Source: Candidatus Marinacidobacterales bacterium (GTDB taxonomy: Bacteria > Acidobacteriota > Vicinamibacteria > Marinacidobacterales > SMYC01). Taken from it: a DNA stretch of 64,000 nucleotides. Both the position numbers and the translations under genes were made by a program. The stretch lies in the NCBI GenBank assembly GCA_965237955.1, contig OZ250169.1, positions 6,368,001 to 6,432,000 of the forward strand. Reading direction: 5' to 3'. This document shows, piece after piece, positions 52,834-63,390 of the stretch; position 1 is the stretch's first letter, and each line of letters starts with the position of its first letter. A model generated the notes under the pieces. It made no database searches. It was given only the letters and a program-made list of their open reading frames with translations, and was not told the origin of the DNA.

Positions 52834-53844
52834 ATGAAAGCCTTCTACGATGAGAACGTAGATCCCAAAGCCTTCGAAGGGGAGACGGTGGCGGTCTTGG
52901 GTTATGGAATTCAGGGGCGGGCGCAGGCCCTCACCCTTCGGAACAGCGGCGTCGAGGTGATGGTGGGGAACCGGGAGGACGCCTACCGGGAGCGCGCCGT
53001 CGAGGACGGTTTCGGGGTCCTCACGGTGGAGGAGGCGAGCCGGCGCAGTAGCATCATCATCGTCTTACTTCCGGACGAGATCCAGCCCGAGGTGTTCGAG
53101 TCCGCCATTCGATCCGGACTGAGCGCCGGCAACGCTCTGGTTTTCGCCCATGGTTTTGCCGTCCACTACGGCCTCATCGAGCCGCCCGAGGACGTGGACG
53201 TCTTGCTCCTCGCCCCCCGAATGCCGGGCTCTTTTCTGCGCGAGCGCTACCTCAAGGGCTGGGGCATTCCGGCCTTCGTGAGCGTCCGGCACGACGCGAG
53301 CGGGCGGGCTTGGCCGAGGCTTCTCGCGCTTGCGGGCGCTCTCGGCGTCACCCGCTGCGCCGCCATCGAGGCGAGCTTCGCGCAAGAGACGGAGCTCGAT
53401 CACTTCTCGGAGCACTTCACCTATCCGTTGATCTTCCGGGCCCTGGAGGTGGTCTTCGAGACGCTGGTCGAGGCCGGCTATCCGCCCGAGCTTGCGCTCA
53501 TGGAGCTCCATGGGTCGGAGGAGCTCGGGCAAGTGCTCGTGGCGGCCGCAAGCGAAGGGCTGTTTCCTATGCTCGATGCGCACGCCTCGCCGGCCTGTCA
53601 GGTAGGGATCGCTCATTATTGGGAGCATGCGCTCGGTCCCACCCGGGAGCTGAAAAGGCGCGCTCGCGAGGTGCTCAAGGGGATCAAGGATGGGAGCTTC
53701 GCCCGGCACTTGGTCCGTGAGGCGAAGAGCTCCTATCCCGAGCTCCGGCGTTGGCGGGGCGCCCGTTCGCTCAATCTCGCGCAGGCCGAGAAGCGCTTGC
53801 GGGAGAAGCTGCGCGGCCAGCCGCAGGCTCATCGGGGGCAATAG
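52834..53844 (+). CDS. ilvC: Ketol-acid reductoisomerase-like protein (divergent)
   Basis: VAVLGYGIQGRAQA, LLPDE, FAHGF, APRMPG, ETELDHFSE. Confidence 0.8.
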   Translation: MKAFYDENVDPKAFEGETVAVLGYGIQGRAQALTLRNSGVEVMVGNREDAYRERAVEDGFGVLTVEEASRRSSIIIVLLPDEIQPEVFESAIRSGLSAGNALVFAHGFAVHYGLIEPPEDVDVLLLAPRMPGSFLRERYLKGWGIPAFVSVRHDASGRAWPRLLALAGALGVTRCAAIEASFAQETELDHFSEHFTYPLIFRALEVVFETLVEAGYPPELALMELHGSEELGQVLVAAASEGLFPMLDAHASPACQVGIAHYWEHALGPTRELKRRAREVLKGIKDGSFARHLVREAKSSYPELRRWRGARSLNLAQAEKRLREKLRGQPQAHRGQ

Positions 53845-53872
53845 TGGTGACGCGACCGGTTCTCTGTTCGGT

Positions 53873-55073
53873 GGTGCTTCCGCCATCAACTGTTACTCAG
53901 GCCGCCAGAAGCTCGTCCACGATCGGGGTGGTCGGCAGCCGGCTCGGCACGGCGTACGTGATCGCGCCGATGCTTACTAATAAAGATGGCGGCAGACACA
54001 CGAATACCTTGCGGAAAGTGAGTCGCCGGGTGGCGAGTTCGGCCTGCATCGCCGGAGTCCGGGTCTCACGCCCGAACTTCAGAGCGCCGTGCGGGCGGAC
54101 GAAGTTGTAATGACAACGCAGCAGCTCGAGATGTCTTCGAGCTTCTCCTCCGAGCGAGCATGGGAGAGCGTTCGCCGGGACAGATAGGCCGAGCCCTGTC
54201 GGATGGTCAGATTCATCCGTTCAATGAACGACGTGTTCAATGTCGACGAGTCCTCCGAGTTATTGAGCACTTCTTCGAACCGCCACGACGCTCCCATCAT
54301 CTCTCTTCGTTCGACCTTCACGATACGATCGTTTCTTCGCGTCTTGAGCACCTGGCCGTACAGAGCCGCTGGACCAAAGACGCGACGGACTCCGTGACGC
54401 TCTTCTCATAGAAATCGAATCCGTCGGTGACGATCAAGGGAAGACGCTCGAAATCCATCCGGTTCGCGACGTCGCGCAGTAGAGCGAGCGCGCTTCGTGT
54501 TTCGGTAGCTTCGTCTTCCAGTCACTGTCGATGGCCAGAGCCGCGACCAAACCTCGATCGCGACGAATATCCACGTTGGCCGCGTCTTGCCGCCGGCGAA
54601 GGAGCGAATCTCGTCCGCCTGCAGCTCCTCGACGCCGAATTCGGCAGTCCGTCTCTGGTTGAAGCCACGGCAAACGTCGGCGGCTTTCTCAAGCCATCGA
54701 GCGACGGTGTTCCAGGCAAGCCCTTCGATCCGAGCAATCGCGTAAATGCTGACACCTTCGACTCTGAGAGCGACCACTGCGTCGAAAGTCGCCCTTCGAT
54801 GGAGAGTGTGCCTTTCGTCGAAGAGAACGTCTTTTCGCACTCGACGCACCGGTAGCGACGGCGTTTCCCGGATCTCGTCCGGTAGAATCCGTGCCGAACA
54901 ACGTTCCCGGAGCCGACTTTTTCATGCGGACGACATTCGGGGTTGAGACAGCTCGGACTTTTCACTCGCGTGGGCCTTGTCGACGAAAGAACTACGTCCG
55001 TCGAAATCAGGCGCAAACTCTAGCACGCAGACTGTTTAGGGCCTGCCCACCAACACTTGATTGCGGAAGCACC
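53873..55073 (-). mobile_element. IS1-family-like element, degraded
   Basis: IRs GGTGCTTCCGC; zinc ribbon CLNPEC...RYRCVEC, QADEIRSF, NTSFIERMNLTIR in several frames. Confidence 0.82.
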
Positions 55074-55329
55074 GATCGTTCCGCGCCCGTGCTGTGTCTG
55101 AATCACAGCCAGCACGCTCCTCTGCGCGTGAATTCCGCTAGCCACGCGTCGGATTCAGCTCAGCTTTGACCAACGACTCATGCGAACCCCCCTCAAGTTG
55201 GAATTCTGCCTCCCCAGGCATGCCGACAGACCTTGATTTTTCCTATCCTTTTTCCTATCCTTCAAAAAAGGAGATGACGCTAAAGGGAAAGAAAGAATAC
55301 AAAAAGAAGGAAGAACTAAAAAGGAGGAC

Positions 55330-57369
55330 ATGATGAAAAAAATCCATAATTTGAAACTTTTTGGATTGGTGGCCTTCCTGGCTTTTGCTTTGGTTTTTAT
55401 TGGTATAGACGTTATTGAAGGCCAAACCCAAGACCGCCCAGCACTGGAAGATTACAGGATCATGCCAATTTTTCCTGGGCAACCTGTATCGGATCCACAG
55501 ATATCCCCTGACGGTACCAAAGTTCTCTTCACTTACAGGACCGCGAACGTGAAAGAGGACAGATACCACAGCCACATATGGCTCCTCCCCTTGGATGAGA
55601 AAAAGCCGAAACAGTTTACATACGGCAACGGCAACGACAGCCATCCCAGATGGTCCCCAGATGGGAAGACCATCCTTTTCCTCTCCGATCGTTTGAGCGA
55701 GGAGAATAAACCAGGGATGCAGATATTCGTGATCCCTGCCGACGGCGGTGAGGCAAGATGTCTTACCTCTGTAGAGGAAGGCGTTGAGCGCCCCACCTGG
55801 TCCCCCGACGGCAAGACCATACTTTTTCTCTCAAACGTCTTCAAAGGTGAGAGAGCGAAGGGCAGCGACATCATGATCATCAGACGCATGCCTTACAGGA
55901 ATACTAGTGGTGAATATATATATGACAAGTGGACGCATCTCTTCTCAGTCCCGTCCAAAGGCGGTGAGGTAAAGCAGCTGACCGATGGAGAGTTCAACAT
56001 AAATATGGCCGTCTGGTCCCCCGATGGCAGCCGCGCAGTCTTTCTCTCTCGCGGGCGCATCTACACCATCTCCTCAAAAGGAGGAGATCCAGAGCTTCTG
56101 TGGAAGGCTAACGGATCTATAGGAGCTCTAGGATTGTCCCCGGATGGGAAGTACTTCGCTTTCGGTGCGAGTGAAAGGGTTAGAGCGGACCCTGCCCCCC
56201 CCTTCTTTAGAAATTCCGACATTTCCGTCTTACCAGTAGAAGGCGGTGAGCCTGAGAACCTCACGGCTGACTTCGATAGGGATGTCAGCCGGAGTCCGTT
56301 GATTTGGTCTCCTGACTCCAAATACATCTACTTTTGGACTGACGACCACGGGAGCAGACACCTGTACAGGGTTAGCTTGAACAGAGAGGTGGAGAGGGTG
56401 ACCGAGGGAAATATTACCGTAGGGGGCTTAAGCCTGGACAGAACTGGTTCTGTTCTCGTCTTCAACGCTTCGGATGCTATGACCCCGACGGAGCTCTGGA
56501 TAAAGGATGAAAAAGGCACGAGGCGCCTCACGGAGATGAACGAGGGGTTGCTGAGCAAGCTGAGGTTGAGCAAGCCCGAGGAGTTCTGGTTCACCGCCAG
56601 CGACGGCGTCAAAGTCCAGGGATGGATAGTCAAGCCCCATGAATTAAAAGAGAAGGAGAGGTACCCGACGATCTTCTTGCTACACGGTGGGCTATACAGG
56701 GGTTCATACGGATTCCGACCGATGCCGCGCGCGCAGGTATTAGCGGACCACGGCTTCGCTGTGGTGTACATGAACTTTAGGGGCAGTGGCGGGTACGGAG
56801 AAGCCTTCGCAGGCGAGGTCTTATTCTCGCCCTCTGCTGACGGCTCAGGCAACTGGGGTGATCGGGATTACCAGGACATCATGGAAACCGTAGACTATGT
56901 CATCAATACCTATCCCTTCATCGACCCTGAGAGGCTGGGCGTCACGGGCGGCTCATACGGAGGCTTCATGACGAGCTGGATTGTTGGGCAGACGGACCGG
57001 TTCAAGGCGGCCGTTAGCTCGGCAAGTAGGAACAACCACTACAGCAGCATGTTAACTTCTGCTAGTTATGGGACTCGCCCTGAGATCTCTGAGAGGAAGG
57101 CCCCGTGGGATAACCTGCAGCGGCTCATGGAGAAGTCCCCCATCACCTACGTCAAGAACGTGAAGACGCCGCTGTTAATCATCCACTCTGAACTGGACTT
57201 TGTTACTGCGATTGAACAGGCTGAACAGCTCTTCACAGCGCTGTGGAAGCTGAAAAAAGTTGTTGAGTTCATCAGAATCCCCAACGAGCCCCACGGCGTG
57301 AGAGGGCCTAAGCACATAGTGGAGAGGGAACAGCACACAGTCAGATGGTTTGACACATACCTAAGGTAA
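55330..57369 (+). CDS. Secreted S9-family (acylaminoacyl) peptidase
   Basis: AAGGAGG RBS, PD40 repeats, GGSYGG, HSELD, NEPHG. Confidence 0.95.
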   Translation: MMKKIHNLKLFGLVAFLAFALVFIGIDVIEGQTQDRPALEDYRIMPIFPGQPVSDPQISPDGTKVLFTYRTANVKEDRYHSHIWLLPLDEKKPKQFTYGNGNDSHPRWSPDGKTILFLSDRLSEENKPGMQIFVIPADGGEARCLTSVEEGVERPTWSPDGKTILFLSNVFKGERAKGSDIMIIRRMPYRNTSGEYIYDKWTHLFSVPSKGGEVKQLTDGEFNINMAVWSPDGSRAVFLSRGRIYTISSKGGDPELLWKANGSIGALGLSPDGKYFAFGASERVRADPAPPFFRNSDISVLPVEGGEPENLTADFDRDVSRSPLIWSPDSKYIYFWTDDHGSRHLYRVSLNREVERVTEGNITVGGLSLDRTGSVLVFNASDAMTPTELWIKDEKGTRRLTEMNEGLLSKLRLSKPEEFWFTASDGVKVQGWIVKPHELKEKERYPTIFLLHGGLYRGSYGFRPMPRAQVLADHGFAVVYMNFRGSGGYGEAFAGEVLFSPSADGSGNWGDRDYQDIMETVDYVINTYPFIDPERLGVTGGSYGGFMTSWIVGQTDRFKAAVSSASRNNHYSSMLTSASYGTRPEISERKAPWDNLQRLMEKSPITYVKNVKTPLLIIHSELDFVTAIEQAEQLFTALWKLKKVVEFIRIPNEPHGVRGPKHIVEREQHTVRWFDTYLR

Positions 57370-57445
57370 ACGTGAGATCTTTATATGAGAGATGAAATAA
57401 CTATTTGGGTTCCACATCAATTGTTCACACAACTATCATTAAATG

Positions 57446-57803
57446 GGTGCTTCCGCGATCAAGTGTTGGTGGGCAGGCCCTAAACAGTCTGCGTGCTAGA
57501 GTTTGCACCTGATTTCGACGGACGTAGTCCTTTCGTCGACAAGGCGCACGCGAGTGAAAAGTCTGATCTGTCTCAACCCCGAATGTCGTTCGCATGAAAA
57601 AGTCGGCTCCGGGAACGTCGTTCGGCACGCCCTACTACCGTCTCCAGCATCGAAGGGCTTTCCGCGAGGTATTCGTGTGTCTGCCGCCATCCTTATTAGT
57701 AAGCATCGGCGCGATCACGTACGCCGTGCCGAGCCGGCTGCCGACCACCCCGATCGTGGACGAGCTTCTGGCGGCCTGAGTAACAGTTGATGGCGGAAGC
57801 ACC
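57446..57803 (+). mobile_element. 358 bp MITE derived from the IS1-like element
   Basis: Same IRs; first ~215 bp and last ~140 bp match the two ends of 53873-55073. Confidence 0.88.
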
Positions 57804-58279
57804 TCGAGAAGATGCAGGAAGCGCTGGACGCCATCGGTTTCTCCGCGCCGTCGAGGAGCTAAGACGGTCTTGTGCTGCCGCTTCGGACGGAGCGCGGTCT
57901 CGGATAGAATCAGGGCAGCCCCCCGCCCTGGTCATTGATGAGATTTCCGCAACCGCTCCTTCTCGTTCTCGCCCTCGCGGTGCCCGTCCATGCGGGGCCT
58001 CAAAATGGGCCCATCGACTACGAGACGGCGCGCCTCGAACGGCGACTCATGGCGGTGCGCACGTACGGAGCCATTCTTCTCGACGGGGCGCTCGAGGAGG
58101 GCGATTGGCGCGAGGCCCCGGTAAGCCAAGGACTTCATCCAAAGAGAGCCCCGGGAGGGGGAGCCCGCCACTTTCGATACCGAGGTCCGGGTTCTCTACG
58201 ACGACCAGAACCTGTATATCGGCGTCGAGGCCTACGACAACGAGCCGGACAAGCTCATCATCCGCGACCTGACCGGAAA

Positions 58280-59664
58280 CTACTTTGCAGCAGCCTCGGG
58301 AGTGAGTGTAAAGCCGAGCTTTTCGGCTGCCTTTCGCAAGCCGTTGATGTGGTTTCGGCGAAAGCGCTCCTCGAAGGCAGATGCACCGATGTCTGTGTAT
58401 TCGTGACCATATTTGAGCATGCGGAAGACGAGCTGAGCGAGCTTTCTTGCGGTGGCAAAGATCGCGGTTTTAGCGTCTTTACGTCGGGCGATGCGGCGAT
58501 AGTAAGCACCAAGTGCGGTCTTCGAACGGTTGAGTGACAATGCAGCCATGCGTAAGGCACCGGCGATACGGTTGGAGCCGGTGCCATTGGGGCGTTTGTA
58601 GAGTAGCTTTCCACCCGAGATGGGGCGGCGCGGCGCAAGACGGAGCCACGAGACAAAGTGATTTTCACTGGGGAAGGCAGAGAGGTCGAACCCGACCTCG
58701 GTGAGTAGGATCGCGGCGGTATCGGGGCTGATGCCGTCGATGCGGGTGAGATCGCATCCAGCAAAACGCCACAGTTCGGTTCGCTGTTCCTGCTCGCCGC
58801 GGCGCCGCATGGCGCTTTGCTTGTTCGGGTTCGGATGAGCGGGCACACTGTCGTGTCTGCGCTCGGTCGGCTGAAGCTCGATGACCACTTCACGGATAGA
58901 CGCTGGTCGTAGAGTTCGATTTCGGCTTGTAGCACATCGTAAAGGCGCAGCGCCGATGCGAGATTGAAAAGATGCTCGTCACGCCAAGTGCCGGTGAGAT
59001 GCTCTGCGATTTCGTCTACGCTTTTCTTGCATCGATGATCTCGAAACTCGGCGAGCTTCATCGGGTCACGTTCGCCAGAAACGATGGCACGAACGATGAG
59101 CATTCCGGTCTTACCGGTAATGTCGGTCACCGCACGGTGGACTTGCACGTTCATCTGGTCCAGAGCCTTCTGCATCCATTGGACGGCTTGGCCCCGATGC
59201 TCGATTAGTTCTTGACGCTGCCGGTGCATCGAGCGTAATCGGCAAATCGACTCCCCCGGGCGAAACGAGCCACGCAGAAGTCCGCAGCTGTGTAACGTCT
59301 GCAGCCATTGACAATCTTGCATATCGGTTTTGCGACCCGGAACGTTCTTCAGCTGCCGAGCGTTGACAAGAACGACCTCGATACCACGGGATTCGAGCAA
59401 CTCATAAACCGGAATCCAATAGACGTGGGTGCTTTCCATCGCCACCGACTCCACACCTTGCTCGATAAGCCAATCCGCAAGCTCAACCAGCGCCGGCGTT
59501 GTCGTGGAAAACACCCGCACGTTCGGCCGACCATCAGCTAGCTGCGGACCGCAGACCCAATGCTCTCGACTCCCGAGATCGATGCCCGCTACCATCGGTC
59601 GTATCGACGGCAGGGAATTCCGTGAGAGACGCTTCGCCGCTTTGCTCTTCCTTCGTTTGTTCAT
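58280..59664 (-). CDS. IS110 DEDD recombinase, frameshift near 58890
   Basis: GIDLG, MESTHVYW, KTDMQDC; C-terminal ISGGK serine motif, ATARKLA. Confidence 0.92.
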
Positions 59665-59690
59665 TCGCTCACCTCAAGTGTATTTTGTGA

Positions 59691-59849
59691 GCGAAGGCTC
59701 CGGCCCGAGATGGCGATCGAATGGATTCTGACCGTGGGGAGTGCTTTCGTTGGAAGCCTCGCCAATGATAGGGAGCCGGCTCGGACCCAAGCTGACCCTG
59801 GGGCATCATGCACCAATGACAGTACGGGGCTCGCTGCCGGAGCCTTCAC
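59691..59849 (-). ncRNA. Candidate IS110 bridge RNA
   Basis: Closing stem GAAGGCTCCGGC/GCCGGAGCCTTC enclosing two guide-TGG-hairpin-CCA-guide modules that match target and donor. Confidence 0.7.
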
Positions 59850-61870
59850 CGACAACCTTTCTACCAGCTTTGGTAGTTTCCTACTTGATAGGCCCGGCCT
59901 CCGGCCGGGGGCGTAGCTGACCCGTGACTACAACACGCGCTCCGTCGATTCCGTCGCCATCATCCTGGACACGTTCCACGATCGCCGCAACAGCTACACG
60001 TTCGAGACGAATCCGATGGGGGCCAAGTACGACAGTCAGTCTTTCAACGAGGGGCAGGAGTCCAACCACAACTGGGACGGCGTGTGGCACGTTGCCACCC
60101 GCATCGTAGAGACGGGCTGGACGGCGGAGATCGCCATCCCGTTCAAGACCCTGAAGTTCAGCGATGCTCGAGTTCAAACCTGGGGCGTCAACTTCATGCG
60201 CCGGAACCGGCGACTGAACGAGGACAGCTTCTGGTCGCCCATTCCAAGGATCCATACCGCAACCCGCGTTTCGCTCGCCGGGACCCTGGAGGAGATGCGG
60301 GACGTGCGTCCCGGATCGAGTTTCAAGCTCACGCCCTACGTGACCAGCGGCGTCACCGAGAACGAGCAAGCGCTCCGGGAAGGGGATTTCGATGCGGGCC
60401 TCGACGCGAAGATCGGAATCGGCACTGGCCTGACGCTGGACCTGACACTCAATACCGATTTCTCCCAGGTGGAGGCCGATGTGCAGCAGGTGAACCTGAC
60501 GCGGTTCAGCCTCTTCTTTCCCGAGAAACGAGATTTCTTCCTCGAGAACTCGGGCATCTTTCGTTTCGGTCCACCGGAGAGCCCGCGACGGAGGGCCTTT
60601 CGGAGCAGTTTCGGCCTGGCGGCTGGAGGAGGTGTGCGTGGTGGTCAGAGCCGGGGCAACGATTTACTCCTGTTCTTCAGCCGGACGATCGGCCTCTCCG
60701 AAGACGGCGAGCCCATCCCGGTACGCGCGGGAGGACGCCTTACCGGCCGCGCGGGATCCTACCAACTCGGGTTTCTCGGGATCCTGACCGGTGAAGAGAT
60801 GGGCATCTCGACGGGTGACAGCTTCAGCGTCGTGCGGGTGAAGCGAAACGTTTTCGCTAACTCCGACATCGGCGTCATGTTCATCAACCGGGAGACGATG
60901 GACTCTTCTCACTACAACCGGAGCATCGGTGTGGATGGCAACTTCCGTCTCAATCCGGCGATGGACGTCAATGCCTACATTGCCAAAACAGCTACGCCCG
61001 AGCTCGAAGGGGACGACCTCGCCGGCCGCATCGCCTACGCCTTCACCTCGAGGTCGCTGAATTTTTCGGCGTCGTACTCGAGTCTCCAGGACAATTTCAA
61101 CCCGGAAGTCGGCTTCGCGCCGCGGCTCGGCGTTCGGCGTGCGAGGGCCAACGTCCGGTACCGCTACCGTCAGCCCTGGTGGCGGGGCATCGTGCGCGAG
61201 ATCGGCCCCAACCTGGATTTCGACCACTTCACCGACCAGCAGGGCAAGGTGGTGAGCCGTTACGTCAACGTCCGCGTCTCGTTTCGGCTGCAAAGTGGTG
61301 GCATCGTCGCTCTCGGTCGACGTGGCAGCCTCGAGCAGCCCACAGATCCTTTCGAGATCCATCCCACGACGACCATCGAGCCCGGCTTCTACACCTTCGG
61401 CGAGAACTTCTTTACCGTCTTCACCGACCCGAGCCAGCTTCTCTCCAGCAACGTCAGCATCTCATCGGGCGACTTCTACTCCGGAAAGAAACAAACGTAC
61501 AGACTCGGCGGGGCGCTCAAGCTCGGCGGCCGGCTGACCGCGGTGGCCGCCTGGTCGTTCAACGACGTCGACGTCGACGAGGGGGCTTTCACGACGCATC
61601 TCGTCACGACCCGCTTCATCTACGCCTTCAGCACGAGGATGTTCCTGAACGGTCTCGTTCAGTACAACAGCGTCACCGAGGAATGGAGCAGTAACATCCG
61701 GTTCAACTTCATCTACCGCCCGCTTTCCGACTTCTTTCTCGTCTACAACGAAAGTCGGGACGATCGCGGTCAGCGCATCGACCGTGCGCTCATTGCCAAG
61801 TTCACCTACCTGTTCGATTTCTGAGCGGAACCCGGGGGCATTAAAGGGTTGATGGTCCGAGGAGCACACG

Positions 61871-62090
61871 ATGGTTCGTAGAGTCTTCTTTTTCGTCGCG
61901 ACGCTTCTTGCGCTCGCCGAGAGCGTTGCACCGGTGTCCGCCACGGGAGCTCGCGTCTGGCGAATCGAGGAAGCCTCCATCAGCGACATCCATGACGCGA
62001 TGAAACGCGGAAGACTCACGGCTCGAGAGCTGGTGCAGATTTACCTCGAGCGGATCGAAGCCTGCGACAAGCAGGGCCCGTCGCTGAATA
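61871..62090 (+). pseudogene. Amidase N-terminal fragment
   Basis: EEASISDIHDAMKRGRLTARELVQIYLERIEACDKQGPSLN then similarity stops. Confidence 0.8.
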
Positions 62091-62174
62091 CCCCTCTGGT
62101 CAAAAAACTCATGCGGCGTCTCGCTGACCCTCGTGCTCTGCGAGCCCGTGCAGCGTCGCGATGTTCTGGTGATT

Positions 62175-62368
62175 GAGCTCTTCCAGAGCTCGTTTGCCAA
62201 GCTGTTTTCCGATCTCGGCCAAGGTCTCCGCTCACCATCGGTCAGGCGCAAACGCCCCTGCAGCTGATCTCGAAGAATACGATTCTCGGTAACGAGGTAT
62301 TCGTTGCGCAGGAGCAGTTCTCGATCGACCGATCCCGTGATGCACGTCAGCATTGTCTTCCAGTCCAT
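62175..62368 (-). pseudogene. Integrase-core transposase N-terminal fragment
   Basis: ELLLRNEYLVTENRILRDQLQGRLRLTDGERR. Confidence 0.7.
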
Positions 62369-62559
62369 TGTGTCTCCCCGAAGAACTGGAGTAAGTACCT
62401 GACCACGGCCTGTGATTCAAACGGTCTAACGAACCTACGCCAAGCCCTCTCAAACTGGCCTGCGGTAGCGCGTTTGAGTTTATCGACCAGACGACCAGGT
62501 AGAAGTGACTGGCCCGCTGTGACTTTGAAGGTTCCGATGACAGGATTGCCGAGTCTTCA

Positions 62560-63390
62560 CTATTCCTTCCCGCGTGTGTTCGCTGCGATGGGAAGATCGC
62601 CCAGGATGATCTGCGGTGCGAGGCCGTGCTCTGTGATGATGACCTTTGCATTGTCCTTGAGTGCGTTTTCGGTCACCTCCAACTGTTTCAAGTCCTTTGC
62701 GTTTCCAACAAAGAACTTCGCTGCTGCCTCGTTTACAAGTCTGACAGCCCTTGCCTTTCCTTCTGCGACGCGGATCGCAGCTTCCCTTTGCCCTTCCGCC
62801 AACTGGATTGCGGCGAGCTTGTCCTGTTCCGCTGCCTCGAATCTCCCTGTGGCCATAAGCTTCATCGCACGACGTTCCTGCTCGGCAGTCTTCTCTTTAT
62901 GCATAGCCTCCTTGATGTCCCTGGGCGGATCGATCAAGCGGATTTCCACTTTGCAGACTTTTAGGCCCCAGTCTTCGGTCATCTTGTCGAGAACCATCTG
63001 TAGATTCGAAGATATGCGCTCGCGGGCCGTCAGACTCTCGTCCAGGGTAAGCTCGCCGAACTCTTGCCGAAGGTTGGTCTTGGCGAGCTGAAGAACCGCT
63101 GCCTTCCAGTCATCTATGTGGTAGAAGGTCTTCTGAATCTCTTCAGCCGACAGTCCGGGTCTGACCCAGATGAGTCCATCAACCCGGATCTCAACGTTGT
63201 ATTTTGTGATGACGTGCTGCGGTTCGATGCTCATCGTATGCTCCCGAATATCACGAACTCGAGTAATACTGAGAAGAGGCCACTGCAGATGAAACCCAGG
63301 CTCAGCGAATTTCTCGTACCTTCCCAAATGTTCCACGATTCCTCGTTCGAAAGGCCTGATGGTGTACAGAGGAAAAAAGATGGTTCTCAT
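62560..63390 (-). CDS. SPFH / band 7 family protein
   Basis: ERGIVEHLGRY, LTLDESLTARERI, WGLKVCKVEIRLIDPP, AEQERRA. Confidence 0.92.
   Translation of the reverse strand: MRTIFFPLYTIRPFERGIVEHLGRYEKFAEPGFHLQWPLLSITRVRDIREHTMSIEPQHVITKYNVEIRVDGLIWVRPGLSAEEIQKTFYHIDDWKAAVLQLAKTNLRQEFGELTLDESLTARERISSNLQMVLDKMTEDWGLKVCKVEIRLIDPPRDIKEAMHKEKTAEQERRAMKLMATGRFEAAEQDKLAAIQLAEGQREAAIRVAEGKARAVRLVNEAAAKFFVGNAKDLKQLEVTENALKDNAKVIITEHGLAPQIILGDLPIAANTRGKE

Larger units (their letters stand above)
58275..59922 (-). mobile_element. IS110-family element (1648 bp including one CTGACC)
   Basis: CTGACC at both junctions (58269-58274, 59917-59922); removal restores the host reading frame. Confidence 0.92.
57938..61824 (+). 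pseudogene. CBM9 / DUF5916 outer-membrane protein split by IS110
   Basis: Rejoined KLIIRDLT-RDYNTRSVDSVAIILDTFHDRRN; NTDFSQVEAD, FFPEKRDFFLE; extra frameshift near 58130. Confidence 0.88.

Noticed and set aside
58269-58274. CTGACC as a conventional 6 bp target-site duplication
   Set aside because: IS110 recombinases do not create TSDs; it is better explained as a core plus sequence shared by donor and target.
59873-59922. Strong sigma70 promoter formed at the IS110 circle junction
   Set aside because: No convincing -35/-10 pair on the minus strand across the reconstructed junction.
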